Below are positions 17,574 to 26,735 of a stretch of 64,000 nt of DNA, one piece after another. A model generated the notes under the pieces. That model was not told the origin of the DNA and did no database searches. It saw only the letters and a program-made list of their open reading frames with translations. The stretch's first letter is position 1; every line of letters begins with the position of its first letter. The stretch is from a virus, in IMG/VR virus record IMGVR_UViG_3300020474_002475, positions 32,001 through 96,000 of that record; one strand, given 5' to 3'. Position numbers and translations under genes: made by a program.

Positions 17574-18220
17574 ATAACGGAATTGTGGAAGCGTGTAATA
17601 TATACGGAAGATATGCTATACCTAAAAATTCTTTATGGAGAATTGCAGCGCAAACTGTTCTTGAGGGAGAAGTATGGGAACCTGATACTATTAAATACAT
17701 AATTAATAATTGCGGGAATAGTAGTATTATCCATGCGGGTACTTACTTTGGGGATTTTTTACCAGCATTATCTAAACATTGTAAAAACACAGTGTTCGCT
17801 TTTGAGCCCAATACAGAGAGTTATGGTTGTGCAAGAAAAACTTGTTTGTTTAATAATTGTAAAAATGTTATCTTAAAAAACAACGCATTGGGTAGTTGCA
17901 CTAAAATGGTAAATCTAAAAATTAAAGACAAAGACAAATACATTGGTGGACTTAGTAGCGTGGTTGATGATGAAAGTCCAGATACAGAAAAAGTTTGTCA
18001 GGTAAAAATAGATGATGTAATATGTGATACTACGCCTATATCGATTTTACATTTAGATTTAGAAGGATATGAATTAAATGCAATTAATGGGGCAATCAAC
18101 ATAGTCAAGAACTGGAAACCAATTATTATAATTGAAGACAACGGCAATAATTATATAGATCTAGAAAATTTAGGCTATAGGTATACAAAAAGAATAGATA
18201 ACAATTTAGTATGGAGATAA
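17570..18220 (+). CDS. FkbM family methyltransferase
   Basis: HAGTYFG, VFAFEPN, NNALG, LHLDLEGYE, PIIIIE. Confidence 0.88.
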   Translation: MNNGIVEACNIYGRYAIPKNSLWRIAAQTVLEGEVWEPDTIKYIINNCGNSSIIHAGTYFGDFLPALSKHCKNTVFAFEPNTESYGCARKTCLFNNCKNVILKNNALGSCTKMVNLKIKDKDKYIGGLSSVVDDESPDTEKVCQVKIDDVICDTTPISILHLDLEGYELNAINGAINIVKNWKPIIIIEDNGNNYIDLENLGYRYTKRIDNNLVWR

Positions 18221-18221
18221 A

Positions 18222-18701
18222 ATGAGACCGGATTGGACAGATTATTTTTTGGGATTAGCAAAAGTTATTTCACAAAGAAGTCACGATATTCATACGCAAC
18301 ACGGCTGTATCATTACAGATCAAGATAATTTAATTTTGGGAACAGGATATAATGGATTCCCAAGAGGTATGGACGAAAAACTATTACCTACTTCTCGCCC
18401 AGAAAAATATCACTGGATGATTCATGCTGAAAGAAATGCACTATCTAATTGTACACACAAACCTACAGATGGAATAGCCTATGTAACAGGACAGTGCTGT
18501 AATGATTGCGTAATGGCCCTGTGGCAAGCTGGCGTGACTAAAGTAATTATGTCTGACAGTCATGGTACTAAATTATTCGATAATGATGCGCAAAAACGTT
18601 TTGATTTATTTGTGGAATTGACCGGTATAGAAATTGTAAAACATACACCAAATTTTAATTGGATTCAAGAAATAGATTTTAAAAAGCTTCACATTAGATA
18701 A
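18222..18701 (+). CDS. dCMP deaminase (ComEB-like)
   Basis: RPDWTDYF, GTGYNG, IHAERNA, CCNDC zinc motif. Confidence 0.92.
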   Translation: MRPDWTDYFLGLAKVISQRSHDIHTQHGCIITDQDNLILGTGYNGFPRGMDEKLLPTSRPEKYHWMIHAERNALSNCTHKPTDGIAYVTGQCCNDCVMALWQAGVTKVIMSDSHGTKLFDNDAQKRFDLFVELTGIEIVKHTPNFNWIQEIDFKKLHIR

Positions 18702-18709
18702 ACTGTAGT

Positions 18710-18722
18710 GGTGTATCTATTA
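18710..18722 (+). promoter_or_regulatory. GGTGTAT motif, putative phage promoter
   Basis: GGTGTATCTATTA right after the dCMP deaminase stop, 130 bp before nrdJ. Confidence 0.55.
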
Positions 18723-18742
18723 ACATCAACAAAGTTTCAATA

Positions 18743-18810
18743 TGGCCCTTGCTTCCTCTAACCAATGATTTATCATAACTTATGACCAAATCAATCTTTC
18801 TTTCGGGCCA
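18743..18810 (+). promoter_or_regulatory. Nested inverted repeats in the nrdJ leader
   Basis: TGGCCC(18743)/GGGCCA(18805), TGATTT(18766)/AAATCA(18788), TCATAA-C-TTATGA(18773-18785). Confidence 0.5.
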
Positions 18811-18839
18811 GTTCTTCAATAAAGTTTTAAGGAGTTAGT

Positions 18840-21038
18840 ATGTCGGCGTTAAATGAATTACAGAACTATACTTTTGTTAGTAAGTATGCCCGTTGGATAG
18901 AAAGTGAAAATAGAAGAGAAACTTGGAAAGAAGCGGTTGATAGAGTCAAAAATATGATGCATACTCAATACGAGGACAAAAATATTACTGAAGAAATAGA
19001 TTGGGCTTATGATCTAATGTTTAAAAAGCGTGTATTAGGCAGCCAAAGAGCTTTACAGTTTGGCGGAGAGCCTATCTTGAAGAGACACGCTAAAATTTAT
19101 AACTGCACAAGCTCTTACTGTGATCGTTTAAGATTTTTTCAAGAATGTTTTTGGTTATTATTGTGCGGAAGTGGTACCGGCTTTAGTGTACAAAAACATC
19201 ATGTAAGTAAACTGCCAACATTATCTCATAATAAAAAAGATAAAAGAAAAGGTGTAAAATATAAGATAGAAGACAGTATAGAAGGCTGGGCTGATTCTTT
19301 GGGTGTTTTATTAAGTTCTTACTTTAATAAACCTAGTGAGTCTCGTTTTGCGGAATATAAAGATCAATATATAGTTTTTGACTATAGTAATATCCGCAAA
19401 AAGGGCGCAACTTTATCTTCTGGAGTAGGTAAGGCTCCTGGTTTTGAGCCCTTACAAAATGGTTTAGAAAAAATTAGAGAATTATTGGAGGCGTGTGTTG
19501 AGAGTAAGCAAAAAAAATTACGACCGATCGATGCTTATGATATTATTATGCACAGCAGCGATGCTGTATTATCTGGTGGTGTTCGTAGAAGTGCGTCGTT
19601 AGCATTATTTAGTGCAAATGATGAAGAGATGGCTAAGGCTAAGACAGGTAACTGGTATGTAGACAATCCACAAAGAGCTAGAAGCAATAATTCTGCGCTG
19701 CTGTTAAAAGACGATACCTCTTATGAACAGTTTTCTGAATTAATGGAATCAGTTAAAGAGTTCGGAGAGCCTGGATTTATTTGGAGCGATTCTACAGAAA
19801 TGACTTTTAATCCATGCGTAGAAGTAGGCATGTGGCCCGTAGATGAAAAAACAGGCAAATCTGGCTGGCAAGGATGTAACTTATCTACTATCAACTGTTC
19901 ATCCGTAATTGATGAAGAAGATTTTTACGAAAGATGTAAAGCCGCTGCAATTATTGGTACTTTGCAAGCTGGTTTTACAGACCTAGAATACTTAGGTAAA
20001 ACCACTAACTCTATTTTTGAACGAGAGGCTTTACTTGGTGTTTCATTAACAGGAATCATGGAAAAGCACGAACTAGTATTAACAGAAAAAGTATTGAAAA
20101 AGGGCGCTAAGATTGCTGTAGATACCAATAAAGAGATGGCTAAAAAAATAGCTATTAATCAAGCAGCAAGAGTTACCTGCCTAAAACCTGAAGGTACTAG
20201 TAGTAGCATGCTGGGTACAAGTTCCGGTATTCATCCTCACCACGCTAAAAGGTACATTAGGCATGTACAGGCCAATATTCTTGAACCACCATATCAGTAT
20301 TTTAAAAGTTATAATCCCCAAGCTTGTGAAAAATCATCTTGGTCTGCTAATGATACTGATGAGGTGGTTAAATTCCCTATAGAAGTGCCAGATGGTTCAA
20401 AATTAAAAAATCAATTACCAGCAGTAAAAATGTTAGGAGTTGTTAAAGACGCACAAACTAATTGGGTGCATTCTGGTAAAAATAGATCTTTATGTACTCA
20501 AGACTTTTTAAGTCACAATGTAAGCAATACAGTAACTGTACAACCAGACGAATGGCAGGCCGTAACTAAATTTATTTATAATAACAGAAAATTCTTTGCT
20601 GGTATTAGTCTTATTCCACAAAGCGGAGATAAAGATTATCCACAAGCCCCCTTTACTACAGTCTATACAAGTAGAGAGATTGTTAAAGAATATGGAGATG
20701 CAGCACTATGGTGTTCTGGATTAATTGAATTGGGATTAAATGCATTTGAAAATAATTTATGGTCAGCATGTGATTATATTACCCTTAAACAGCAAGGGCA
20801 AAAAGACTCAGAAGATAAACAGTTATTTGCTATCAAAATGCATAGGTTTGCTAAAAGATATTTTGAAGAAGATCTTAGAAGACTAACTTATTGCATGAAA
20901 GATGTTTATAATTGGAAAATATATAAAGATTTATATGATAGCTTTAGTAAAGTTGATTATACACAACTACTAGAAACAGAGGATAATACTACAGGAATAG
21001 AGGAAATTAGTTGTGCCGGTGGTGCCTGTCTAATTTAG
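18840..21038 (+). CDS. nrdJ: Ribonucleotide reductase class II (adenosylcobalamin-dependent, monomeric RTPR-like)
   Basis: RRETW, IYNC, GTGFSV, GGVRRSA, NPCVE, GCNL, KPEGT, C-terminal CAGGAC; no beta subunit nearby; AAGGAG SD. Confidence 0.9.
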   Translation: MSALNELQNYTFVSKYARWIESENRRETWKEAVDRVKNMMHTQYEDKNITEEIDWAYDLMFKKRVLGSQRALQFGGEPILKRHAKIYNCTSSYCDRLRFFQECFWLLLCGSGTGFSVQKHHVSKLPTLSHNKKDKRKGVKYKIEDSIEGWADSLGVLLSSYFNKPSESRFAEYKDQYIVFDYSNIRKKGATLSSGVGKAPGFEPLQNGLEKIRELLEACVESKQKKLRPIDAYDIIMHSSDAVLSGGVRRSASLALFSANDEEMAKAKTGNWYVDNPQRARSNNSALLLKDDTSYEQFSELMESVKEFGEPGFIWSDSTEMTFNPCVEVGMWPVDEKTGKSGWQGCNLSTINCSSVIDEEDFYERCKAAAIIGTLQAGFTDLEYLGKTTNSIFEREALLGVSLTGIMEKHELVLTEKVLKKGAKIAVDTNKEMAKKIAINQAARVTCLKPEGTSSSMLGTSSGIHPHHAKRYIRHVQANILEPPYQYFKSYNPQACEKSSWSANDTDEVVKFPIEVPDGSKLKNQLPAVKMLGVVKDAQTNWVHSGKNRSLCTQDFLSHNVSNTVTVQPDEWQAVTKFIYNNRKFFAGISLIPQSGDKDYPQAPFTTVYTSREIVKEYGDAALWCSGLIELGLNAFENNLWSACDYITLKQQGQKDSEDKQLFAIKMHRFAKRYFEEDLRRLTYCMKDVYNWKIYKDLYDSFSKVDYTQLLETEDNTTGIEEISCAGGACLI

Positions 21039-21062
21039 TCTCTTTCTTGAAAGGTTATATCG

Positions 21063-21770
21063 TTGAGAAAAAAAAAGAAAGTTGTAGATACAACAAAAAA
21101 AATTGCTGCTGAAAATAATATTATTGGTTTTAAAAATAGGTTAAAGCCTAGAAGCATAAATCAAAAAGAGTATATTAGATCAGTAGCAGAGAATACTATT
21201 ACCTTTTGTCAAGGAGTCCCCGGTAGTGGTAAAACACATATAGCCGTTGGTATGGCTTTGGAATATCTTATTGATCACAAAGTAGAAAAATTAGTTATTA
21301 CTAGACCGGTGGTAGAGGCTGGCGAAAGACTAGGCTTTTTACCCGGTACTGCAGAAGAAAAACTGCATCCGTACCTCTTGCCTTTGTTTGATGAAATTAA
21401 TTATTTTTTAGAAATGCAAAGCTACACGAAGCTAAAAGTAGGTAAACAAATAGAAATTGTGCCTCTTGGTTTAATGAGAGGTAGAAGTTTTAACAACGCA
21501 TTTATTGTAGCTGACGAATGCCAAAATGCTTCATATGATCAGTTAAAAATGTTATTAACTAGAATTGGAATGAATAGCAAAATGGTGCTTACGGGAGATG
21601 TGGCGCAATCTGACCTGCAGAGACAACAACAGGGAGGGTTCTTAGAATTGATAGAACGACTTAATGGTATCGACAGCATAGGCATTGCCAATCTTTATGC
21701 GACAGACATAGTTAGAAATCCCATTATAGGTTCTATTATTTCTAGGTTAGAAGAATATGAAAACAAATAG
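21063..21770 (+). CDS. phoH: PhoH-like ATPase
   Basis: GVPGSGKT, RPVVEAGERLGFLPG, MRGRSF, DECQN, LTRIG, GDVAQSDL, DIVRN. Confidence 0.95.
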   Translation: MRKKKKVVDTTKKIAAENNIIGFKNRLKPRSINQKEYIRSVAENTITFCQGVPGSGKTHIAVGMALEYLIDHKVEKLVITRPVVEAGERLGFLPGTAEEKLHPYLLPLFDEINYFLEMQSYTKLKVGKQIEIVPLGLMRGRSFNNAFIVADECQNASYDQLKMLLTRIGMNSKMVLTGDVAQSDLQRQQQGGFLELIERLNGIDSIGIANLYATDIVRNPIIGSIISRLEEYENK

Positions 21771-22359
21771 ACAGTGCTTATTGTTAAATAGTGACTTTAG
21801 TCCAATATGTGTTATAGATTGGAAAAAAGCTATTGTATGGCATATGAAGTATAATAATAGTTTTAGTTATAGTATACAAATTATAGAATCATATGATGAT
21901 CACATTTTATGCGCAAATGGTAGTAATATACCTGTTCCTGCCGTAGCAAGAACAACCAAATACTATCGGGTACATCACAATAAATTCGATTTAAAGTTGT
22001 CTAGAAGAAATCTATTTACTAGAGATGATTATTGCTGCCAATATTGCGGTAAATATTTACTTAAAAATCAATTGACATATGACCACATAATACCAAAATC
22101 CAAATTTAAAGAGTCTAAAATGGCAACTACATGGGATAATGTTGTTACAGCATGCCGTAAATGCAATTGTAAGAAGGGCAATAAAACACCCAAAGAGTCG
22201 GGCATGTCCCTTTTAAAACAGCCTGAATGTCCAAAATTTTCGCCCAAGTACTTGCCATGGCACGATCAGGTTACTAATATAGTATATGAATCTAGAACGA
22301 TATGGGACAAATATATAGAAAGATACTTAAGTACAAATGAAAGAGAAAGATCAAAATAA
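21757..22359 (+). CDS. HNH endonuclease
   Basis: RRNLFTRDDYCCQYCG, TYDHIIPKS, WDNVVTACRKCNCKKGNKTP. Confidence 0.9.
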   Translation: MKTNRQCLLLNSDFSPICVIDWKKAIVWHMKYNNSFSYSIQIIESYDDHILCANGSNIPVPAVARTTKYYRVHHNKFDLKLSRRNLFTRDDYCCQYCGKYLLKNQLTYDHIIPKSKFKESKMATTWDNVVTACRKCNCKKGNKTPKESGMSLLKQPECPKFSPKYLPWHDQVTNIVYESRTIWDKYIERYLSTNERERSK

Positions 22360-22720
22360 GTACTATACTTTTCTAGGAAAAGAAGACTTTATAGACGACA
22401 AAGGATTTGCTAGGGCAAAAAACGAATCTAAAGAAGTTTATGCTAAATGTTCTTTATCTCAAAAGCCTAAACATATAGCATCTAGGAGTAATTTAGGAGT
22501 AGATAAAACATCGTATAAGTATTATATTGCTGTCAATTCAAATAAAGAAGCATATAATCCAGATAATCCAAATCAACCCAAAGCAAATTTTATAGATAAT
22601 GTTTGTAGAAATAATACAAAATTTCAAGAAGTAAATCAATACATATTTGAAAAATACGTCAACTTTTTAATGACAAAAAATGATGGGTGGATTAGAGAAA
22701 TTAATAGGGATTTAAAATAA
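22337..22720 (+). CDS. Hypothetical protein, paralog A
   Basis: Full-length similarity to ORF 23357..23725. Confidence 0.75.
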   Translation: MKEKDQNKYYTFLGKEDFIDDKGFARAKNESKEVYAKCSLSQKPKHIASRSNLGVDKTSYKYYIAVNSNKEAYNPDNPNQPKANFIDNVCRNNTKFQEVNQYIFEKYVNFLMTKNDGWIREINRDLK

Positions 22721-23065
22721 ATGCCAGTTTATACTTTTGAATGTTGTAAATGCAAACATCTTTTTGAATTATTTGCAAGTTACTCTAATTATAATAGTGC
22801 AAAAGTCGAATGTCCAAAATGTCAAAGTAAAAAAGTAGAGCGTTCCTATGGTATAGATTTACAGAATATGACGGGAAGTGTTGTTAAATCTGATGCAGAT
22901 ATGAAGTTGGGAGATTTAGCAAACAGAAATAGAGACAGAATGAGTGATGATCATAAACAGCATTTATATAATAAGCACAATAAGTATAAGGACCCATCTT
23001 TTAATAAGCCTTTACCCAAGGGTATGTCTAGAACAAAAAGGAAAAACAAAACTAAATGGACATAG
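22721..23065 (+). CDS. FmdB-family zinc-ribbon protein
   Basis: MPVYTFECCKCKHLFE...CPKCQS. Confidence 0.85.
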   Translation: MPVYTFECCKCKHLFELFASYSNYNSAKVECPKCQSKKVERSYGIDLQNMTGSVVKSDADMKLGDLANRNRDRMSDDHKQHLYNKHNKYKDPSFNKPLPKGMSRTKRKNKTKWT

Positions 23066-23364
23066 AAAGTAAAGTTAAAGAGATCTTACAAGATCCGGAA
23101 AAAAGAAAAGAATTTTTGAAGTATGAAGAGTTAGATAGTACTCCTAAGAAGCTGATTGATGCTCCTTACGAAATTATTTTTACAGTAGAAGCTAATATAA
23201 TGGAGCAAAATGAAAAGCACGAAAATGTAAGCTCTAAATTAATACATAAAACAAACTTTCATATGCCAGTACCAGAAGGTAAAGAAGCATTAGAATATAT
23301 GGATGGGTTTTTACAGCACTTTCAAAAGTGTTTACTTAACACAGAAGAGAAGATTAATGAGTGA
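23056..23364 (+). CDS. Hypothetical protein
   Basis: 102 aa ORF overlapping both neighbours. Confidence 0.65.
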   Translation: MDIESKVKEILQDPEKRKEFLKYEELDSTPKKLIDAPYEIIFTVEANIMEQNEKHENVSSKLIHKTNFHMPVPEGKEALEYMDGFLQHFQKCLLNTEEKINE

Positions 23365-23725
23365 TATTTTTACAACCGCTAAACAAAAAAATAAACCAAA
23401 AGATGATGAATATTATGTATATTTAGGCGATGAAGACTTTGTAGACGATAATAACAATCTTAGATCTAAGCAAGACGATAACAAGGTTTTAGCTAAAAAA
23501 ATCTATAGAGACAATGGCGGATACAAACTTATGATAAAATGTGATTCGTATAATAAACCATTTGATCCAGATAATCAAATACAGTCCGCAAATAAGACTG
23601 TAGCATCGTATAAAAATGGACATAAGTTTATTACAGTTGGTCAAAAGGCTTTTGATCATTATTTAATGTTTTTACAAACTAAAAACAAATCGTGGCTATT
23701 GAATACAGAAAGAGAGTTGATATAA
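23357..23725 (+). CDS. Hypothetical protein, paralog B
   Basis: YYVYLGDEDFVDD...FDPDN...FDHYLMFLQTKNKSWL matches paralog A; start moved to ATG 23357. Confidence 0.75.
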   Translation: MSDIFTTAKQKNKPKDDEYYVYLGDEDFVDDNNNLRSKQDDNKVLAKKIYRDNGGYKLMIKCDSYNKPFDPDNQIQSANKTVASYKNGHKFITVGQKAFDHYLMFLQTKNKSWLLNTERELI

Positions 23726-24048
23726 TGGCAAGAGTAAGCAAAGCACAAACATACGCCGTCAGGTGGCTTGATCACGAGAATAAGAATACAGAGGATATTG
23801 CATCTGAATTAAATCTCTCTGTTAAACAAGTGGCTAACATATTAGAAAAATATGGCAAGTCAGAAGGTTCCGTTGATACTAAACAGCAGCCCGTTTCTGG
23901 CGTCAGAAATATGATGAATTCAAAAACAAATAGCAACAAGGGCGTGACAGTAATGACTCAAGAAGCTTCAATGGCTATTCAAGAAGCCGCAGAAAAAAAA
24001 CCACCATCCACAGACAGGTCATCTTATATCTATAGTCCTAATGGTTAA
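23725..24048 (+). CDS. Putative helix-turn-helix protein
   Basis: NTEDIASELNLSVKQVANIL HTH pattern; start at TAATG overlap 23725. Confidence 0.65.
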   Translation: MARVSKAQTYAVRWLDHENKNTEDIASELNLSVKQVANILEKYGKSEGSVDTKQQPVSGVRNMMNSKTNSNKGVTVMTQEASMAIQEAAEKKPPSTDRSSYIYSPNG

Positions 24049-24051
24049 TAG

Positions 24052-24468
24052 ATGTATATATCAAAATATTCTAACGGCAAAAAGGTATCTGATGCTCAGT
24101 ATATCACAGAAATAATATGTGAGCATAAAGCCAAAAGAGATAAAAAGGATCTACATTATAGATTCTGGCTTAATAAAGAATGGGAAAAGTTTTTTAAAAG
24201 TCAAATAGCTTCTGCGCACAAGCTATTAAAACAATATGGGGCTCAAGCAATAGTAGCAGCTTTAAATAATCCTAGAACTAGAAATACATATTCTCTTAGA
24301 TCTAAATATTTAAAGCCAATTATTGAAAGTGAACAAAAGATTCTAGATAATAAAAATAATTCTCTATCTAAAGAAATAGAAAGAATTAGTGATCCAACAT
24401 CATTTAGAAAAGTACAAGTAAAGAAAAACATTTTGTCTAATTTAGAGGATATAGATAATGAGCATTAA
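24052..24468 (+). CDS. Hypothetical basic protein
   Basis: 138 aa ORF directly before recA. Confidence 0.7.
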   Translation: MYISKYSNGKKVSDAQYITEIICEHKAKRDKKDLHYRFWLNKEWEKFFKSQIASAHKLLKQYGAQAIVAALNNPRTRNTYSLRSKYLKPIIESEQKILDNKNNSLSKEIERISDPTSFRKVQVKKNILSNLEDIDNEH

Positions 24469-25471
24469 GACAGATATTAAAAAGAACTTTGGCGACAATA
24501 TTATACTATCCGGTAATTCGGTTATAGATAAAAAAGTATTAAATGTATCAATTAGTCCTTCGCTAGACATAGCATTAAATGGAGGTATTCCAGAAGGAAG
24601 TTTTATGATATTGACAGGGCAACCTAAATGTGGTAAAACTACAACATCTCTCCAGATTGCTGCTTTAGCACAGCAAAAACAATATGCTTATGGAGATTTT
24701 GAAAAGGGTAGAGAAGTGTATTTTCTAAACATTGAAGGTAGGATTAAGAAAAGAGACTTAGCTGGAATTAAAGGATTAGATTTAGATAGATTTCATATCA
24801 TAGGCTCTAAGACAGGTAAGATTTTACACGCAGAAGAATATTTGCAGATGGCTGAAAAAATCATTAATGAAGTTCCCGGCTCTGTCGTTATTATAGATTC
24901 ATATTCAGCTCTATGTACAGAATCAGAGATTACTTCAGACATGAGTAAAATGCAAAGAGCAGATGGCGCCAAGCTATTAGCAAAATTTTGCAGGAAAGTA
25001 GCTAATGTTATACCTGTTAATAAAAATATTGTTATGGGCATCACTCATCTTATGGGAAATCCTGGTTATGGCAGCAGTGAATGGAAAGAAAAATCTGGGC
25101 AGGCTATTGCTTATCAAACAGATGTAAAAATAAAAGCTACATATTTTAAACCGTGGACAGTCGGAAAAGAAGAAACACAGATTGGACAAACAATAGAATG
25201 GCAAGTTGTTTGCTCGGCTTTAGGTCCTCCTGGTGCTAAAATTACTAGTTATATTAGATATGGACAAGGCATAGACAAAGAGATGGAGCTATTTAATCTT
25301 GCAACAGATTTGGGAATTATTGACAAGGCAGGAGCTTGGTATACATTTACGACAGTTAAAGATAGTCCCAAATTCCAAGGAGCAGAAAAGTCTAGAGATT
25401 ACTTAGCACAAAATCCTAAACTATATACTTCTTTATGGAATACTGTTAAAGAGACAATGGGAATTAAATAA
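24458..25471 (+). CDS. recA: RecA/UvsX-like recombinase
   Basis: SLDIALNGGIPEG, GQPKCGKTT Walker A, VIIDSYSAL Walker B, YGQGID, GIIDKAGAWY. Confidence 0.92.
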   Translation: MSIKTDIKKNFGDNIILSGNSVIDKKVLNVSISPSLDIALNGGIPEGSFMILTGQPKCGKTTTSLQIAALAQQKQYAYGDFEKGREVYFLNIEGRIKKRDLAGIKGLDLDRFHIIGSKTGKILHAEEYLQMAEKIINEVPGSVVIIDSYSALCTESEITSDMSKMQRADGAKLLAKFCRKVANVIPVNKNIVMGITHLMGNPGYGSSEWKEKSGQAIAYQTDVKIKATYFKPWTVGKEETQIGQTIEWQVVCSALGPPGAKITSYIRYGQGIDKEMELFNLATDLGIIDKAGAWYTFTTVKDSPKFQGAEKSRDYLAQNPKLYTSLWNTVKETMGIK

Positions 25472-25878
25472 TGGATGTGATCGACTTAGATGGCAAAATA
25501 CAAAAATGGGCTTTAACAGGACATATAGCCAAAGGTAGTAGGCAGAATAAGTCTACTTTACATTTACAAGCAAGAGATGTTATAAAAAATATCCATCCCA
25601 CTTTACAACTTTTAGAGGAGGTTTCGATACCTTTAAGGAGAACTGAAACTTTGTACCTTGACTTTTACTTGCCTTTGACTAAAACATGTATAGAGGTGCA
25701 TGGCGAACAGCATTATAAATTTGTGCAATTTTATCACAATAATACTCTTGGCTTTTTAAAACATAAAAAAAGAGATGCCGAAAAAAAAGAGTGGTGTCAA
25801 AAAAACGACATTAGATATATTGAGTTTCCATATAATGAGTCTGTAGAGGAATGGACCAAAAGGATGACTGATGAGTAA
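25471..25878 (+). CDS. Vsr/DUF559-like PD-(D/E)XK endonuclease
   Basis: LYLDFYLP, CIEVHGEQHY, RDAEKKEWC. Confidence 0.8.
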   Translation: MDVIDLDGKIQKWALTGHIAKGSRQNKSTLHLQARDVIKNIHPTLQLLEEVSIPLRRTETLYLDFYLPLTKTCIEVHGEQHYKFVQFYHNNTLGFLKHKKRDAEKKEWCQKNDIRYIEFPYNESVEEWTKRMTDE

Positions 25879-26356
25879 AACAAGCAAAGAAGAATTACAG
25901 CATTGGGATGCGGTTTTAGACGAGTATGAGTCGTCTATAGGTCTTCCTCCATATCTTGATGATAATATGCCAGCAGAAGAATTAAATTCATATTTAACAA
26001 TGAATCGTAATGAATTAGAAAAATTGACACCTGATGATTGTGGAGAAATTGCATACAGATTATCACAATTCTGTTTTCATATACAAAGAACAATTAATAG
26101 AGAAATAGCTAGACATAATTGGGCTGATGAAAAAATTAAAGAAGTTATAGCAGACCAAATTAATAATTACAAAGGTTATGGCTATATTGAAAAATCTTTA
26201 CAGGCGATTAAACATAATGAAAAGGCTTATTCTTTGAGTCAGATAAAAAGATATGCTAAACAAAGAATGGATAGACTTTCTTACATAGCAAATACAACAA
26301 AAAACTTATCGGATATCATAATTTCTATACAACGAAGTAAGGTGAAAAATGGGTAA
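25871..26356 (+). CDS. Hypothetical alpha-helical protein (possible recombination mediator)
   Basis: 161 aa, helical or coiled-coil pattern, located between recA and dnaB; function inferred from context only. Confidence 0.6.
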   Translation: MSKTSKEELQHWDAVLDEYESSIGLPPYLDDNMPAEELNSYLTMNRNELEKLTPDDCGEIAYRLSQFCFHIQRTINREIARHNWADEKIKEVIADQINNYKGYGYIEKSLQAIKHNEKAYSLSQIKRYAKQRMDRLSYIANTTKNLSDIIISIQRSKVKNG

Positions 26357-26735
26357 TGTAGATACTGACAAACTAAAACAATTGTTGTATGCAATGATAG
26401 AAACATTAGATGGAGAAACATCTGAATCTAGTGAAAAAGTAGAAGAAACAAAAGATGTAAACTCTAATGCTCAACAACCAAAGAATTCTCGTAGAAAAAG
26501 ATACGGTGGAGAAGAAAATTTATTTTTAAGCATGCCAGAAAAAGACATGCATAAGGCAGATGTTGAAATAGATAAAAAACTAGCACCTAAACAGTTAACG
26601 GCAAGAAACAGAGTTTCTACAGAAATGGATGTCCGATGTAGAATTTGCGGCAAAGAGCAGAGGGTAAGCAAATCTTTGATAACTGATGGTGCCCATAGAT
26701 ATAAATGCAATGATTGTTCTAGGAGTTCAGGCTAA
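26349..26735 (+). CDS. Hypothetical protein with C-terminal zinc ribbon
   Basis: CRICG...YKCNDC. Confidence 0.7.
   Translation: MGNVDTDKLKQLLYAMIETLDGETSESSEKVEETKDVNSNAQQPKNSRRKRYGGEENLFLSMPEKDMHKADVEIDKKLAPKQLTARNRVSTEMDVRCRICGKEQRVSKSLITDGAHRYKCNDCSRSSG

Noticed and set aside
22252-22280. Possible sigma70 promoter TTGCCA-N17-TAATAT inside the HNH gene
   Set aside because: Weak -10 match in AT-rich coding sequence; could be chance
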